Assembly: GCA_964016885.1 (NCBI GenBank)
Contig: OZ024760.1
Coordinates: 22,258,001-22,322,000, forward strand
DNA: 64,000 nt
Direction: 5' to 3'
Source: Eledone cirrhosa
Lineage: Eukaryota
Under the pieces are notes generated by a model. It was given only the letters and a program-made list of their open reading frames with translations, searched no databases and was not told the origin of the DNA. Shown one piece after another: positions 42,492 through 56,056 of the stretch (positions are counted from its first letter, which is position 1; each line of letters begins with the position of its first letter). Made by a program: the position numbers and the translations under genes.

Positions 42492-42954
42492 AATATATAA
42501 GTATATATATATATAAATATATATATATACATGTATGTCTTTGTCGTTCTATGTTTCTACCTGTCTGTCTCTTTACGTATTAATCTTGTATAATGAGACA
42601 CACATGCGGAAGCTCTCTCACTCTCTCCCTTCCTTCCTTCTATTTCCCCCTCCCCTTCTCTCTCTTTTTCTCTCTATCTCTCTCTCTCGCTTTTTGTTTG
42701 TATATACACAACAATAATTTCTAGCAGTCATCGTCAATTGGTAACAGCCATAATTATCCATTATAACATTTTTAACAACAACAACAACAAACAACAAATA
42801 CTTCTCCTCCCCCCAAAAAACAACAACACAAACCTCCTTCCCACTAAAAAAAAAATGGAAATATGCGGAATCGAAACTGCATGTTTTTTAGTTAACGTCA
42901 AAACTATTTTACAAATATTATACATAGTGACATATACATATATATAGACTTACA

Positions 42955-44030
42955 TAAATACACATGCGTACATATATACACATGCGTACATACATACACA
43001 TGCGTACATAGATACACATGCGTACATAGATACACATGCGTACATAGATACACATGCGTACATAGATACACATGCGTACATATATACACATGCGTACATA
43101 TATACACATGAGTACATATATACACATGAGTACATATATACACATGCGTACATATATACACATGCGTACATATATACACATGCGTACATATATACACATG
43201 CGTACATATATACACATGCGTACATATATACACATGCGTACATATATACACATGCGTACATATATACACATGCGTACATATATACACATGCGTACATATA
43301 TACACATGCGTACATATATACACATGCGTACATATATACACATGCGTACATACATACACATGCGTACATACATACACATGCGTACATATATACACATGCG
43401 TACATACATACACATGCGTACATACATACACATGCGTACATACATATGCGTACATACATACATACATACACACATACATACATACACATGCGTACATACA
43501 CACACATGCGTACATACAAACACATGCGTACATACATACATACCTACATATGCGTACAAACATACATACATATGCGTACATACCTACATATGCGTACATA
43601 CTTACACATGCGTACATACTTACACATGCGTAAATACATACACATGCGTACATATATACACATGCGTACATATATACACATGCGTACATATATACACATG
43701 CGTACATACATACACATGCGTACATACATACACATGCGTACATACATACACATGCGTACAAACATACACATGCGTACAAACATACATACACATGCGTACA
43801 TACATACACATGCGTACATACATACACATGCGTACATACATACACATGCGTACATACATACACATGCGTACATACATACACATGCGTACATACATACACA
43901 TGCGTACAAACATACATACACATGCGTACATACATACATACACATGCGTACATACATACACATGCGTACATACATACACGTGCATACATACATACACATG
44001 CATACATACATACACATGTGTACATACACA
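42955..44030. repeat. 18-bp minisatellite (tacacatgcgtacatata)
   Basis: Seen directly; gives the MRTYIH ORFs. Confidence 0.95.
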
Positions 44031-44185
44031 CTGACACACAGAAAATTCGGTTAACTTATTGCACCTGTAATATAGAATTGTTTCATCTTCAGGTAAGCCA
44101 TCATCCACCATACATATTTTAACATTCACTGTCTTTGCCACACGACAATCGCAGCATTTATTTAAACACACTATATATATATATG

Positions 44186-44766
44186 ATTAATTGTTTTTAC
44201 TTTTGGCACAAGGCCAGCAATTACCCAGTACATTACTGGTACTTTATTTTATCGACCCCGTAAGGATGAAAGGCAAAGTTAAGCTCGGCGGGATTTGAAC
44301 TCAGAATGGCAAGGGCCGCAACTCTATGCGTCAAAGCATGGCGTCCGACCCGTTTATAAATAATAATAATAATTGTTTCTACTTTTGGCACAAGGCCAGC
44401 AATTACCCCAGTACATTACTGCTACTTTATTTTATCGACCCTGTAAGGATGAAAGGCAAAGTTAACCTCGGCGGGATTTGAACTCAGAATGTAAAGGGAC
44501 GTAACTGTGCTGCAAAGCATGGCGTCCGACCCTCTACCGATACTGCCAATCCACCGCCTATATATATATATATGATTAATTGTTTCTATTTTAGGCACAA
44601 GGCCAGCAATTACCCATTACATTACTGGTACTTTATTTTATCGACCCCGTAAGGATGAAAGGCAAAGTTAACCTCAGCGGGATTTAAACTAAGATCATAA
44701 AGGGACGTAACTCTATGCTGCAAAGCATGGCGTCCGACTCTCTACCGATACTGCCAATCCACCGCT
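44186..44766 (-). mobile_element. Three tandem SINE family A copies
   Basis: Copies at ~44186, 44366 and 44575. Confidence 0.9.
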
Positions 44767-44879
44767 ATATATATATGATTAATGGCAGAGAATTGGCAGA
44801 GTCGTTAGAAGGTCGGTTAGAGTCTAGTCTATTTAAAAATCTGTAAGCCAGAATGTTGGTTAGGATGGTTACATGCCGC

Positions 44880-45085
44880 GAAGCGATTGTGAATACAAGA
44901 ACCCCCTCCCAACAGACATGACGCTAATCCATCGCAGAGTTAAACCCCCAGCTATTGCTGGTACTCATTTTCAGCTGAGTATATTGAAGCACAGTGAAAT
45001 GAATAGTTTTGCAGAATAACACAACACACAACCCAGCGCGGGAATCGAACACACGACATTATGAGCGTAAGTCCAACGCCCTTAC
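44880..45085 (-). mobile_element. SINE family B
   Basis: Homologous to 24725-24975. Confidence 0.75.
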
Positions 45086-45094
45086 CAGGAAGAG

Positions 45095-45485
45095 TGCTTT
45101 GCGGTATTCGTCTGTTCTCTGAGTTCAATGCCAGCGAAGGTCAACTTTGTCTTTCATCCATTCGAGGTCGATAAAAGTACCAGTCTAATACTGGGGTTAA
45201 TTCTCTCTCTCTCTCTCTGGTATAAAATCTGGAGGTCAACTTTATCAACTTCGAATGGATGAAAGGCAAAGTTGACCTCCAGATTTTATACCAGAGAGAG
45301 AGAGAGAGAGAATTAACCCCCAGTATTAGACTGGTACTTTATCAACTTCGAATGGATGAAAGACAAAGTACCAGTCTAATACTGGGGGTTAATTCTCTCT
45401 CTCTCTCTCTCTGGTATAAAATCTGGAGGTCAACTTTGCCTTTCATCCATTTCAGGTAGATAAAAAAATACCAGTCTAGTACAGG
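45095..45485. mobile_element. SINE A-derived segment rearranged as forward-inverted-forward
   Basis: agtaccagtctaatactgggg..ctggtataaaatctggaggtcaacttt occurs at ~45177 (+), ~45268-45340 (-) and ~45368 (+). Confidence 0.8.
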
Positions 45486-45689
45486 GGGTGGGGTGGGTAA
45501 TTCTTCCTTTATATCCCTTGCTCACTTCCTTCCTCTTATTCTATCTATCCTTCTCTGGAAGTAACCTGTATTCAGACCCGGAGAGGGGATGGGCTCCGCC
45601 AGGTTTTAAAACACCCTAGAAAAGCCGTATGTCAATACGGCACCCCTCCCATTCCGTCAGGAGTTACGGGACCATATATACATACAAAT

Positions 45690-45877
45690 ATAATTGTTTC
45701 TACTTTTGGCACAAGGCCAGCAAAATTACCCAGTACATTACTGGTACTTTCTTTTATCGACCCCCGTAAGGATGAAAGGCTAAGTCAACCTCGGCGGGAT
45801 TTGAACTCAGATCGTAAAGGGACGTAACTATGCTGGAATGCATGGCGTCCGACCCTCTACCGATACTGCCAATCCAC
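45690..45877 (-). mobile_element. SINE family A
   Basis: Family A consensus. Confidence 0.9.
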
Positions 45878-46049
45878 TACAAATATAATACCAGTCTAAT
45901 ACTGTGGTTGATTCTTCTTCTCATACTCTTTCTCACTTCCCTTCTGTCATTCTCTATACAGTGAGGCTATGTGGGAAAGACAAATAGATATCACCATAGT
46001 AACTAACAACAGAGCATGTGATGATTTCCCGCCAATAAATACTCCAAAC

Positions 46050-46191
46050 TTATTGCCAATCGCTGTTTCCGGCTTGCGTGTTCGTTGCTCAAGACTCCGT
46101 TCGTGAGCCGAGACGTTTTATGTTTGCAAAAATTGTTCGTGAACCGATTTCTTCGTGATGAGAGTCGTTCGTGAAACGAGGTTCCATTGTA
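46050..46191. mobile_element. Tigger/pogo-like DNA transposon right end
   Basis: Repeated gttcgtga subterminal motifs ending cgaggttccattgta. Confidence 0.55.
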
Positions 46192-46240
46192 GCTCTGTAT
46201 ATAACACATTAAAAGACATACCCACATGCACACACAATAC

Positions 46241-46573
46241 ATTTCCTATTTCAGAGATGTTGCTTTCATATGAAGTTAGCTTCCCAGTCAGAAAGTCCTT
46301 CCTCACCCTACATTTGTCACCCTGTAAATAGTTATTTCTCTACAGATATTCAGCATTTAATCCTGTATCTCATTTATACATATATACTGAACATTTAGGT
46401 AATTATAACCTAGAAATAAATTAGAGGCTTACAAAGCTTAGCTTAGAAATAAGTCCCCCTTCTTGCACTTGAGGTAGAAGCAGGCACGAAGAATCGGATA
46501 ACACCCATGAGTTTGGCAGGTCTAGTTTGGGGATCCATTCCCATCAGTTAGAGACGGTTGCTTTTGACAGGAC
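46241..46573 (-). pseudogene. Candidate two-exon gene fragment (exons 46573-46433 and 46321-46241) with one in-frame TGA
   Basis: Splice pattern ccttccagcag|141 nt|gtaagc, a 111-nt intron, then tttacag|81 nt|gtattg. The joined frame is VLSKATVSN*WEWIPKLDLPNSWVLSDSSCLLLPQVQEGGLISKLSF/GDKCRVRKDFLTGKLTSYESNISEIGN. The protein is not recognised. Confidence 0.4.
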
Positions 46574-47149
46574 CTGCTGGAAGGAGTGTTTCAGGACACT
46601 AACCCCAAACCCTCCCAGGAATAAGTGGACGAAGAAGAAGAAGAAGAAGAAGAACGAAGACAAATAAAAAAAAATCGAAGAATAAGAATAAGATGAAAAG
46701 GAAAAGAAGTCGAGGTTGAAGATGAAAAGAAAAAGAAAAAAAGTCGAAGAAATCGAAGAAAAAGAAAAGAAAAAGAACGAAGGAAAAAAAGAAAAAGAAA
46801 AGAACGAAGGAAAAAAAGAAAAAGAAAAAGAAAAAGAAAAGAAAAAGAAAAAGAAAAGAAAAAGAAAAAGAAAAGAAAAAGAAAAGAAAAAGACAAAGAA
46901 AATATCGAAGACGAAAAAGAATAAAAAAACGAAGAAAATGGAAAAAATAAAAGACGAAGAAGACGTAGAAGGAGACGAAAAAGACGAAGACGGAGAGAAG
47001 AAGTAATAAATAAATTATCAAAAACATCAGTTATATCTTTAATCACTTCCACGTGTCAGTAATCGATATTAACTATCGGATTTCTATAATGCAAGCCATA
47101 AATTTATCAAAACACCAATTTTCTCCAATTTCTATGACAGTTTCTATAT

Positions 47150-48005
47150 CCAGTAATCCTGGTATATATAATATATCAATTGAGGACTCCAATTAAATAT
47201 GTTGAACACTATTGCTGATTATATTTATGTGGTTGGTCCACTGGTGAAAATGGCGTATCACAACAGACGTAATGAAGTCACGTGATTTAGAGGTTCAGTA
47301 AACCTGGTATATATGTCATATCAATTGAGGGCTCCGATTTAATATGTTCAACACTATAACTATTCATATTGGTGTAGTGTGTCCACTGGTTAAAATGGCG
47401 TATCACAACAGACGTAATGAATCACGTGATTTAGAGGTTCAGGAACTGATTGTGGTTGGTCCATTGGTTAAAATGGCGTATCACAACAGACGTAATGAAG
47501 TCACGTCATTTAGAGGTTCAGGAACTGAATGTGGTTGGTCCATTGGTTAAAATGGCGTATCACAACAGACGCAATGAAGTCACGTGATTTAGAGGTTCAG
47601 GAACTGAATGCGGTTGGTCCACTGGTTAAGATGGCGTATCACAACAGACGTAATGAAGTCACGTGATTTAGAGGTTAAGGAACTGAATGTGGTTGGTCCA
47701 CTGGTTAAGATGGCGTATCACAACAAAGGCAATGAAGTCACGTGATTTAGCGGTTAAGGAACTGAATGTGGTTGGTCCACTGGTTAAGATGGCGTATCAC
47801 AACAGAGGCAATGAAGTCACGTGATTTAGAGGTTAAGGAACTGAATGTGGTTGGTCCACTGGTTAAGGTGGCGTATCACAACAGACGTAATGAAGTCACG
47901 TGATTTAGAGGTTAAGGAACTGAATGTGGTTGGTCCACTGGTTAAGGTGGCGTATCACAACAGAGGTAATGAAGTCACGTGATTTAGAGGTTAAGGAACT
48001 GAATT
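47150..48005. repeat. 79-bp tandem array (7 units from 47451) preceded by two longer ancestral units
   Basis: Unit starts at 47451, 47530, 47609, 47688, 47767, 47846 and 47925. Confidence 0.95.
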
Positions 48006-48073
48006 CGTAATGGAGACATTGCGGGGCATCTTATTTCACGCTGCTCTTTCTGCCAGGTATTGAGGTCGGTAGA

Positions 48074-49290
48074 TAATGGTTTCTGATTCAGGGGCCACAA
48101 GGCCAGCAATTTTAGGCGAGGGGTAAGTCGATTAAATCGACCCCAGTACGTTACTGGTACGTTATTTTATCAACACCGTAAGGATGAAAGGCAAAATTAA
48201 CCTCAGCGGGATTTGAACTCAGATCATAAAACGCCTTAACTATGCTGCAAAGCATGGTGTTTGACGCCCTACCGATTCTTCCAATCCACTTCTACTACTA
48301 CTGATAATAATAATAATGATAATAATGGTTTCTTATATAGGCACAAGGACAGTAATTTTAGGGAAGGGAAAAGTCGATTAAATCAACCCAGTGCATTACT
48401 GGTACTTTATTTTATCGACCCCGTAAGGATGAAAGGCAAAGTCAACCTCGGTGGAATTTGAAATTAGATGGTAAAAGGACGTAAATATCGATCACAAAGC
48501 AGGTTGTTCGACGCTCTACCGATACTCCCAACCTACTACCCAAAATACTACTACTAATGGTTTCTGATTTTGGCACAAGGCCAGTAATTTCAGGGGAGGG
48601 GAAAGTCAATTAAATCGACCTCAGCACATTACTGGTACTTTATTTTATCGACCCCGTAAGAATGAAAGGCAAAGTTAACCTCGGCAGGATTTGAACTCAG
48701 AATGTAAAGGGCCGTTACTCTATGCCACTAAGCAGGGCGTTCGACACTCTACCGATTCTACCAATCCAACGCTCCGCTACCGGTAGATATTACCAGCAAT
48801 GGAAACTCTAATGAAAATATGGATTCCTTGGTCCGATTTAACGTCCGATTTAACGTGGCAAGGGCTGCAACTCTATGCTATGCATCAAAGCATGGCGTCC
48901 GACCCTTTAATAAATAATAATAATTGTTTCTACTTTTGGCACAAGGCCAGCAATTACCCCAGTACATTACTGGTACTTTATTTTATCGACCCCGTAAGGA
49001 TGAAAGGTAAAGTTAATTTCGTCGGGATTTGAACTCAGAATGGCAAGGGCCGCAACTCTATGCGTCAAAGCATGGCGTCCGGCCCTTTAATAAATAATAA
49101 TAATAATAATTGTTTCTATTTTTGGCACAAGGCCAGCAATTACCCAGTACATTACTGGTACTTTATTTTATCGACCCCGTAAGGATGAAAGGCAAAGTTA
49201 ATTTCGGCGGGATTTGAACTCAGTCCGTAAAGGGACGCAACTGTGCTGCAAAACATGGCGTCCGACCCTCTACCGATACTGCCAATCCAT
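48074..49290 (-). mobile_element. Cluster of ~6 SINE family A copies
   Basis: Repeated family A cores, all on the minus strand. Confidence 0.9.
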
Positions 49291-49651
49291 ATGATAGTAA
49301 TAAAAACGAAGTTACCGCCGTTTCCTCCATGACATGTAAACCACGTGATACTGAAACTGGGGGGGGGGGGGTAGCGTTGTTTCTAAACATTATACTATCA
49401 AGCACCCCCCCCTCCTTTCATCCCTTTTTAATAATGAATTCCGTCTTTGCTGCCATTACTCCCTTCCTCTCTCAGATTGTGTTCGTGAGTTGTTGAGTCA
49501 TGTCTCCCACATTCCAGGAATTGCATCGCAAAGAACACAGCTATCTACTTGAATGGTAAACATTGCAGAGACAAAGAGACAACAGCCTCCTTGGTACTGA
49601 TTTACTGTCGTGGGGGGAGGTGGTGTTTTATTTGTTATTATTTTTATCGTT

Positions 49652-50400
49652 AGGGCGGTGGATTGGCAGTATCGGTAGAGGGTCGGACGCCATGCTTTGA
49701 CGCATAGAATTTACGGCCCTTGCCATACTGAGTTCAAATCCCGCCGAGGTTAACTTTGCCTTTCATCCTTACGGGGTCGGTAAAATAAAGTACCAGTAAT
49801 GCACTGGGTACTTTGCTGGCCTTGTGCCAAAAGTAGAAACAATTATTTATATTGACAAGTGGGTTTGATTGGCAGTATCGGTAGAGGGTCGGACGCCATG
49901 CTTTGACGCATAGAGTTACGGCCCATGCCATTCTGAGTTCAAATCCCGCCGAGGTTAACTTTGCCTTTCATCCTTACGGGGTCGATAAAATAAAGTACCA
50001 GCAATGCACTGGGTAATTGCTGGCCTTGTGCCAAAAGTGCCAAAAGTAGAAACAATTATTTTTATCGTTAGGCCGGTGGATTAACAGTTTCGGTAGAGCA
50101 TCGGACAACTTGCATTGCAGCATATATTTAAGGTCACTTTACGTTCTGAGTTCAAAACCCGCCGAGGTTAGCTCTGCCTTTCATCCTTACGGGGTGGATA
50201 AAATAAAATACCAGTAATGCACTGGGGTTGATTTAATTGCCTTTCCTGTCCCCCAAATTATTTCCCTTGTGCCTAAATCAGAAACCGTTATTATTGTTGT
50301 CGTTTCACCGAGGTTAACTTTACCTTTCATCCTTACTGGGGTCGATAAAATAAAGTACCAGTAATGCACTGGGATCAAATTAATTGAACTTTCCGCCCCC
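49652..50400 (+). mobile_element. Cluster of ~4 SINE family A copies
   Basis: Repeated family A cores, all on the plus strand. Confidence 0.9.
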
Positions 50401-50499
50401 TCACGTAATTAGAAATAATTATTAGGTTCATTAGTGTGTTGACTGTTGGATTGGAAGAAACTTTAAGGTGTTGGATAAATGCCAACTGTGTTCCAACAG

Positions 50500-50564
<65 letters not shown>

Positions 50565-51467
50565 CAAACCCCCACACACGTGTATATATATATCTACACA
50601 CACATATGTATATACATATATATCTACACGCACATGCACACGCACATATGCATATACATATATATATCTGCATATACACACAAACACAAATATATGTCTA
50701 TACATATATATATATCTGCATACACACACAAACACAAATATATGTCGATACATACATATACATATATCTGCATACACACACAAACACAAATATATGTATA
50801 TACATATATCTGCATACACACACACACACAAATATATGTATATACATATATCTGCACACACACACACACACACACACACGCGCGCGCGCGCGGATAGATA
50901 GATAGATAGATACAGAAAAGGAGAGAGGGTGAGAGGCAGTGAGACAGAATGATAGAGAGGGAGAGAGAGGTGAACGTGTTGAATATAAGGCTATACGCTC
51001 ACCCAACTCACATATACACACGCAACACACACACAGCATTCACAGTACACACACACACACACACAGTAATCTATACATATAAAATGTGTTTGTTCTCACA
51101 CAGACTAAGATGTAAGATTAAAAGAATTTATGGCTGGTTAGCGGGTCGTTATAATTAATCTACACCAACACAACCAGCTTAAATCTTTAAAACCACGCGA
51201 TTGTTTTTCCCAGATAAGGGAAGGGCGAGGCGCCATTTTCATGCTATATCCATCAGCCCGAGGGTGTTAATAAGACAAAAGAAGAAGAAAAAGTAACAGA
51301 CATGTCTAAATCCATGATTTCAATTACCTAGTTCTCACCTGGTGTGCTTGCAGGTGAGAACTATAAGGTGACTACGTGTAAATTTGGAAATATATTTCAA
51401 TGTGATAACAATGAATGTCATCATTGCCATCAGCTAAAGATAAGCTCTCGTTAAGCCAGGTGTACAA

Positions 51468-52640
51468 CAGTTGTTGTTGTTGTGGTGGTGGTGGTTGTGT
51501 TGTTGCTAATTTGGTGTTTTTGTCACTATGGTTGTTGTTGTTGTGGTGGTTGTGGTGTTGGTTGTGGTTGTTGTTGTGGTGGTGGTGGTTGTGTTGTTGC
51601 TAATTTGGTGCTTTTGTCACTATGGCTGTTGTTGTGGTGGTGGTTGTGTTGTTGCTAATTTGGTGTTTTTGTCACTATTGTTGTTGTTGCGGTGTTGGTT
51701 GTGTTGTTGGTTGTGTTGTTGGTTGTGTTGTTGTTGTTGTTTTCTTGTTATTTTAGTTGTTGTTGTGTTGTTGATGATGTGGTGATTGTGTTGTTTTGTT
51801 GTGGATGTTGTAGTGGTTGTGGTGTTGTTGATAATTTTGTTGTTTTGGTTGGTTACTATGGTTGTGGTTGTTGTTGTGGTTGGTTACGATGGTTGTGGTT
51901 ATTGTTGTGGTGGTTGTGGTGTTGCTTGTGTTGTTTTTGTTGTTGTTGTGGTGGTTGCGGTGGTGTTGGTTGTGTTGTTGTTTTCTTGTTATTTTAGTTG
52001 TTGCGTTGTTGATGTGGTGATTGTGTTGTTTTAGTCGTTGTTGTGTTGTGGATGTTGTAGTGGTTGTGGTGTTGTTGATATGGTTGTTGTTTTGGTTGGT
52101 TACTATGGTTGTGGCTGTTGTTGTGGTTGGTTACTATGGTTGTGGTTGTTGTTGTGGTGGTGGTTGTGGTGTTGGTTATGTTGTTTTTGTTGTGGTGTTG
52201 GTTGTGGTGTTGGTTGTGGTGTTGGTTGTGTTGGTGTTGTTGTTTTCTTGTTATTTTAGTTGTGTTGTTGATGTGGTGATTGTGTTGTTTTAGTCGTTGT
52301 TGCGCTGTGGATGTTGTAGTGGTTGTGGTGTTGTTGATATGGTTGTTGTTTTGGTTGGTTACTATGGTTGTGGTTGTTGTTGTGGTTTGTTACTATGGTT
52401 GTGGTTGGTTACTATGGTTGTGGTTGTTGTGCTTGCTGCGTTGTTTCTGTCGTTGTTGATGTGGTTGTTGTTATGGTTGTGGCAGTTGTTATGGTTGTTG
52501 TGGTGGATTTTGTTGCGTTGGTTATTGTCATTATAGTTGGCATATATGTTGTTACTTTTATTGTTGTTGTTATTACTGTTGTTGAAGTTGTTTTATTGTG
52601 GTGGTTGTTATTGCAGTTATTGTTGTTGTAATGGTAATTG
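51468..52640. repeat. (GTT/GGT)n low-complexity region with ~240-260 bp duplications
   Basis: ttttcttgttattttagttg..gatgtggtgattgtgttgtttt recurs three times. Confidence 0.85.
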
Positions 52641-52734
52641 TTGGAGTGTTTTCAGACAGTTTTGTGTGAATAATTGTGATGTTGTTAAACTTCCTTCGTA
52701 CAATCAATGGAAACACTGTACTCGTGAATGTGAC

Positions 52735-53620
52735 ATCTACGTGGCTGAGCATACTACAAGACACATACATTCTTCACGTAATTCTCAGGAAGATTCAGCT
52801 TGAGACAATGAATGATGAGTGACAAAGCTGGCTCCTTGAACATACATGCACGACTCACATTTGCCAACTGACTGAACTGGAGTAACGTGAAATAAAGTAC
52901 ACCTTTCTCAAGGACAGAACGCGACGCCGAGTCCAGAATTCGAACTCAGAACTTGCGAGTGGTAGAACATTCAACAAGACACATGCATTCTTCACGTAAT
53001 TCTCAGGAAGATTCAGCGTGAGACAATGAGTGACAAGTGACAAAGCTAGCTCCTTGAATATACAGACACAAATCACTGGACGGGAGCAAGGTGAAATAAA
53101 GTACACCTTTCGCAATGACACATCACGACACAGGGTCCAGAAATTGAACTCAGGCCTTGCAAGTGGCTGAGTATTCCATAAGACACATGAATTCTTCACG
53201 AGATTCTCAGGAAGATTCCGCGTGAGACAATGAGTGATAAGTGACAAACCTGGTCCCTTGAATATACAGACACAAACCCATTTTGCCAACTGACTGGACT
53301 GGAGTAACGTGAAATAACACGACCCCGGGTTCAGGAATCGAACTCAGTACCTGAACATTCCACAAAACTCATGTATTCTTCAAGTAATTCTCAAGAAGAT
53401 ACACCGGGTCCAGGAATCGAACTCAGTACCTTAACATTCCACAAAACTCATGTATTCTTCAAGTAATTCTCAAGAAGATACACCGGGTCCAGGAATCGAA
53501 CTCAGTACCTGAACATTCCATAAAACTCATGTATTCTTCAAGTAATTCTCAGGAAGATACACCGGGTCCAGGAATCGAACTCAGACTTTGCAATCATGAG
53601 CCGAACACTTTAACCATCTA
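52735..53620 (-). repeat. Tandemly amplified SINE B derivative: ~3 x 210-225 bp units, then ~3.3 x 79-bp units
   Basis: attctcaggaagattc blocks recur; ccgggtccaggaatcgaactcag occurs at ~53325, 53404, 53483 and 53562. Confidence 0.8.
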
Positions 53621-53882
53621 ATCATTAAGTTATATAACTCAAGAAGATAGAATGATGGAATTCACAGGTTTTCAGCTACCCTGTGAGTAATGTGAAAACT
53701 GTCAATACGGCGCAAATCTCTGTTTAGCGTTAAATTCCCAGCATAACAAGAGGCGCCATATTTCACAGAGGATTTCAATTAACAATTCTTAATAGAGTGG
53801 TAATTTAGTAGGAGTATTAGCCCATTATTTAAATATAGACACATACACAAACATACACGTATGTAGTGCATCAATATACACC

Positions 53883-53951
<69 letters not shown>

Positions 53952-53964
53952 CTATAGTATATAA

Positions 53965-54140
53965 ATATAATTGTTTCTATTTTTGGCACAAGACCAGCAA
54001 TTTTCCCAGTTCATTACTGGTACTTATTTTATCGACCCCGTAATGATTAAAAGCAAACTGAATTCAGATCATTAAGGGGCGTAACTCCATGCACCAAACC
54101 ATGGCGTCTGACCTTTTGCAGATACTGTCAATCCCCCGCC
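53965..54140 (-). mobile_element. SINE family A (diverged)
   Basis: Family A tail and core. Confidence 0.8.
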
Positions 54141-54990
54141 CTTATTATATAATATATTATATAGTATATGTATAATATATGTATAATATATGTATAATAT
54201 ATGTATAATATATGTATAATATATGCATAATATATGCATAATATATGCATAATATATGTATAATATATGTATAATATATGTATAATATATGTATAATATA
54301 TGTATAATATATGTATAATATATCTATATGTAATATATGTATGATATATGTATAATATATGTATAATATATGTATAATATATGTATAATATATACATATT
54401 ATATATATGTAAATATCTATATAATATAAACAATTAAGTTAAAATGAAACGAAATTTAATTTCGTTTCGTTATTTGTTTCTATATAATATATTTATATGT
54501 AATATATGTATGATATATAATATACATACAAACATTTACTACATATATAATTCCATTATATATTATATAAACGATATGTATAGGATACATGCGTGCATAT
54601 TATAAACGTACAATTCTATATAGCTACACACACACATACACACTCATATATATATATATATATATGGGAAGATTAATCATATTATAAGGTATCTATTTTT
54701 GACGTTCTGGTTAGTTTTGTTTGGTTGCCTGCCTAGCTATGTGTGCTTACACACTTGTAAAAATTATCTCCTGTCGTTATTCATGTTTATTTATATGTTA
54801 ATCAATTTCTAGTTATTATAAAATGCTCGAACCTATTCGTTAGAATCTTAGAGCTTATTTTGCGGGTGATATGGCGCATGTCTTTCTGGCATGCCACCCA
54901 TAATTTTGATTATCTAAATTTTGGATATATATATATATAAATATATATATATGGTTTTTAAAATCCAATTCAATAAATAGACCAGGATTG

Positions 54991-55050
54991 TTTCATTCTG
55001 ATGATTGAAAGCAACATTTTTTGCTTTTAAGAAACCACTGGTAAATGGAA
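54991..55050 (+). ncRNA. Type I hammerhead ribozyme
   Basis: tttcatt-CTGATGA(54998)-ttgaaagcaa..ttgcttttaa-GAAA(55031)-cc-act-gg-TA^-aatggaa. Confidence 0.8.
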
Positions 55051-55682
55051 TAATTGCCTTATGTTGTTTATTACATAACTATATATATATATATATTGAT
55101 TTAGGTGTCGCAGAAACCCTTTACTGGATTATACCATCAATTCCAGGGGTCCAGGTAAATTCTTTTGTTTGACCTATTTAGCATGCCTCGTTTTTTTTTG
55201 ACTTAGGTGGCTGGCGGCTTCTTGACCGTCATTCTCAGTTTGTTTGGCCTCTATAACATATGTTAATTGCTCTGGTCTTCTTTTAGTCCATTGAGCGCTT
55301 GCTGCATATCTCAGAAATTGCGTTTCGCTTTGTTTTCGACCACGGCCGAAATTCGGTCTCGCTGAAATTATATTTTTATATATATATATATATACAAGGG
55401 CGACTCTCTAATTTAGTCACACTCTACAAACCCAGGTACCGAGTACTTTGCTGAATTATGGTCTTAAGAGTTTAAAACTGATAAAATCCAGATCTCTCTC
55501 TCTCTATATATATATATATACACACACACACATACACATAATGATGCATATAATATACATACATATATAGTCACAGATATATAATATATACACGATATAT
55601 ATATATAACACTTCTATATTATATACAAATACATACATAGACATACACATATATATACATATGTATATATATATATATTAAA

Positions 55683-55900
55683 GGAACGATCGACTTTCGT
55701 CAAATCGGACCGAGGGAACAATGTTTCCGTTGGTCTTTCCAATTGCTAATACTATCTATCGGTCGCAACTCCAGGTAGAAGGAGCAACGTGAAATAAAGT
55801 GTCTTGCTCAAGGACATAACGCATCGCCTGGTCCAGGAATCGAACTCACAACCTTACGATTGCGAATCCAATTCTCTAACCACTCAGCCACCCGCCTTCA
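55683..55900 (-). mobile_element. Second copy of the SINE B composite at 40609
   Basis: Near-identical to 40609-40830. Confidence 0.8.
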
Positions 55901-55975
55901 CTATATATATGTATATATATATATATTTATAACATACATCCATATGAAATATATATAGACAGACACACCTATATA

Positions 55976-56056
<81 letters not shown>

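Noticed and set aside
51190-51245. Minus-strand aaaATGGCG start/YY1-like site as a gene 5' end
   Set aside because: The frame closes after 16 codons and there is no convincing splice donor; a single motif is insufficient.
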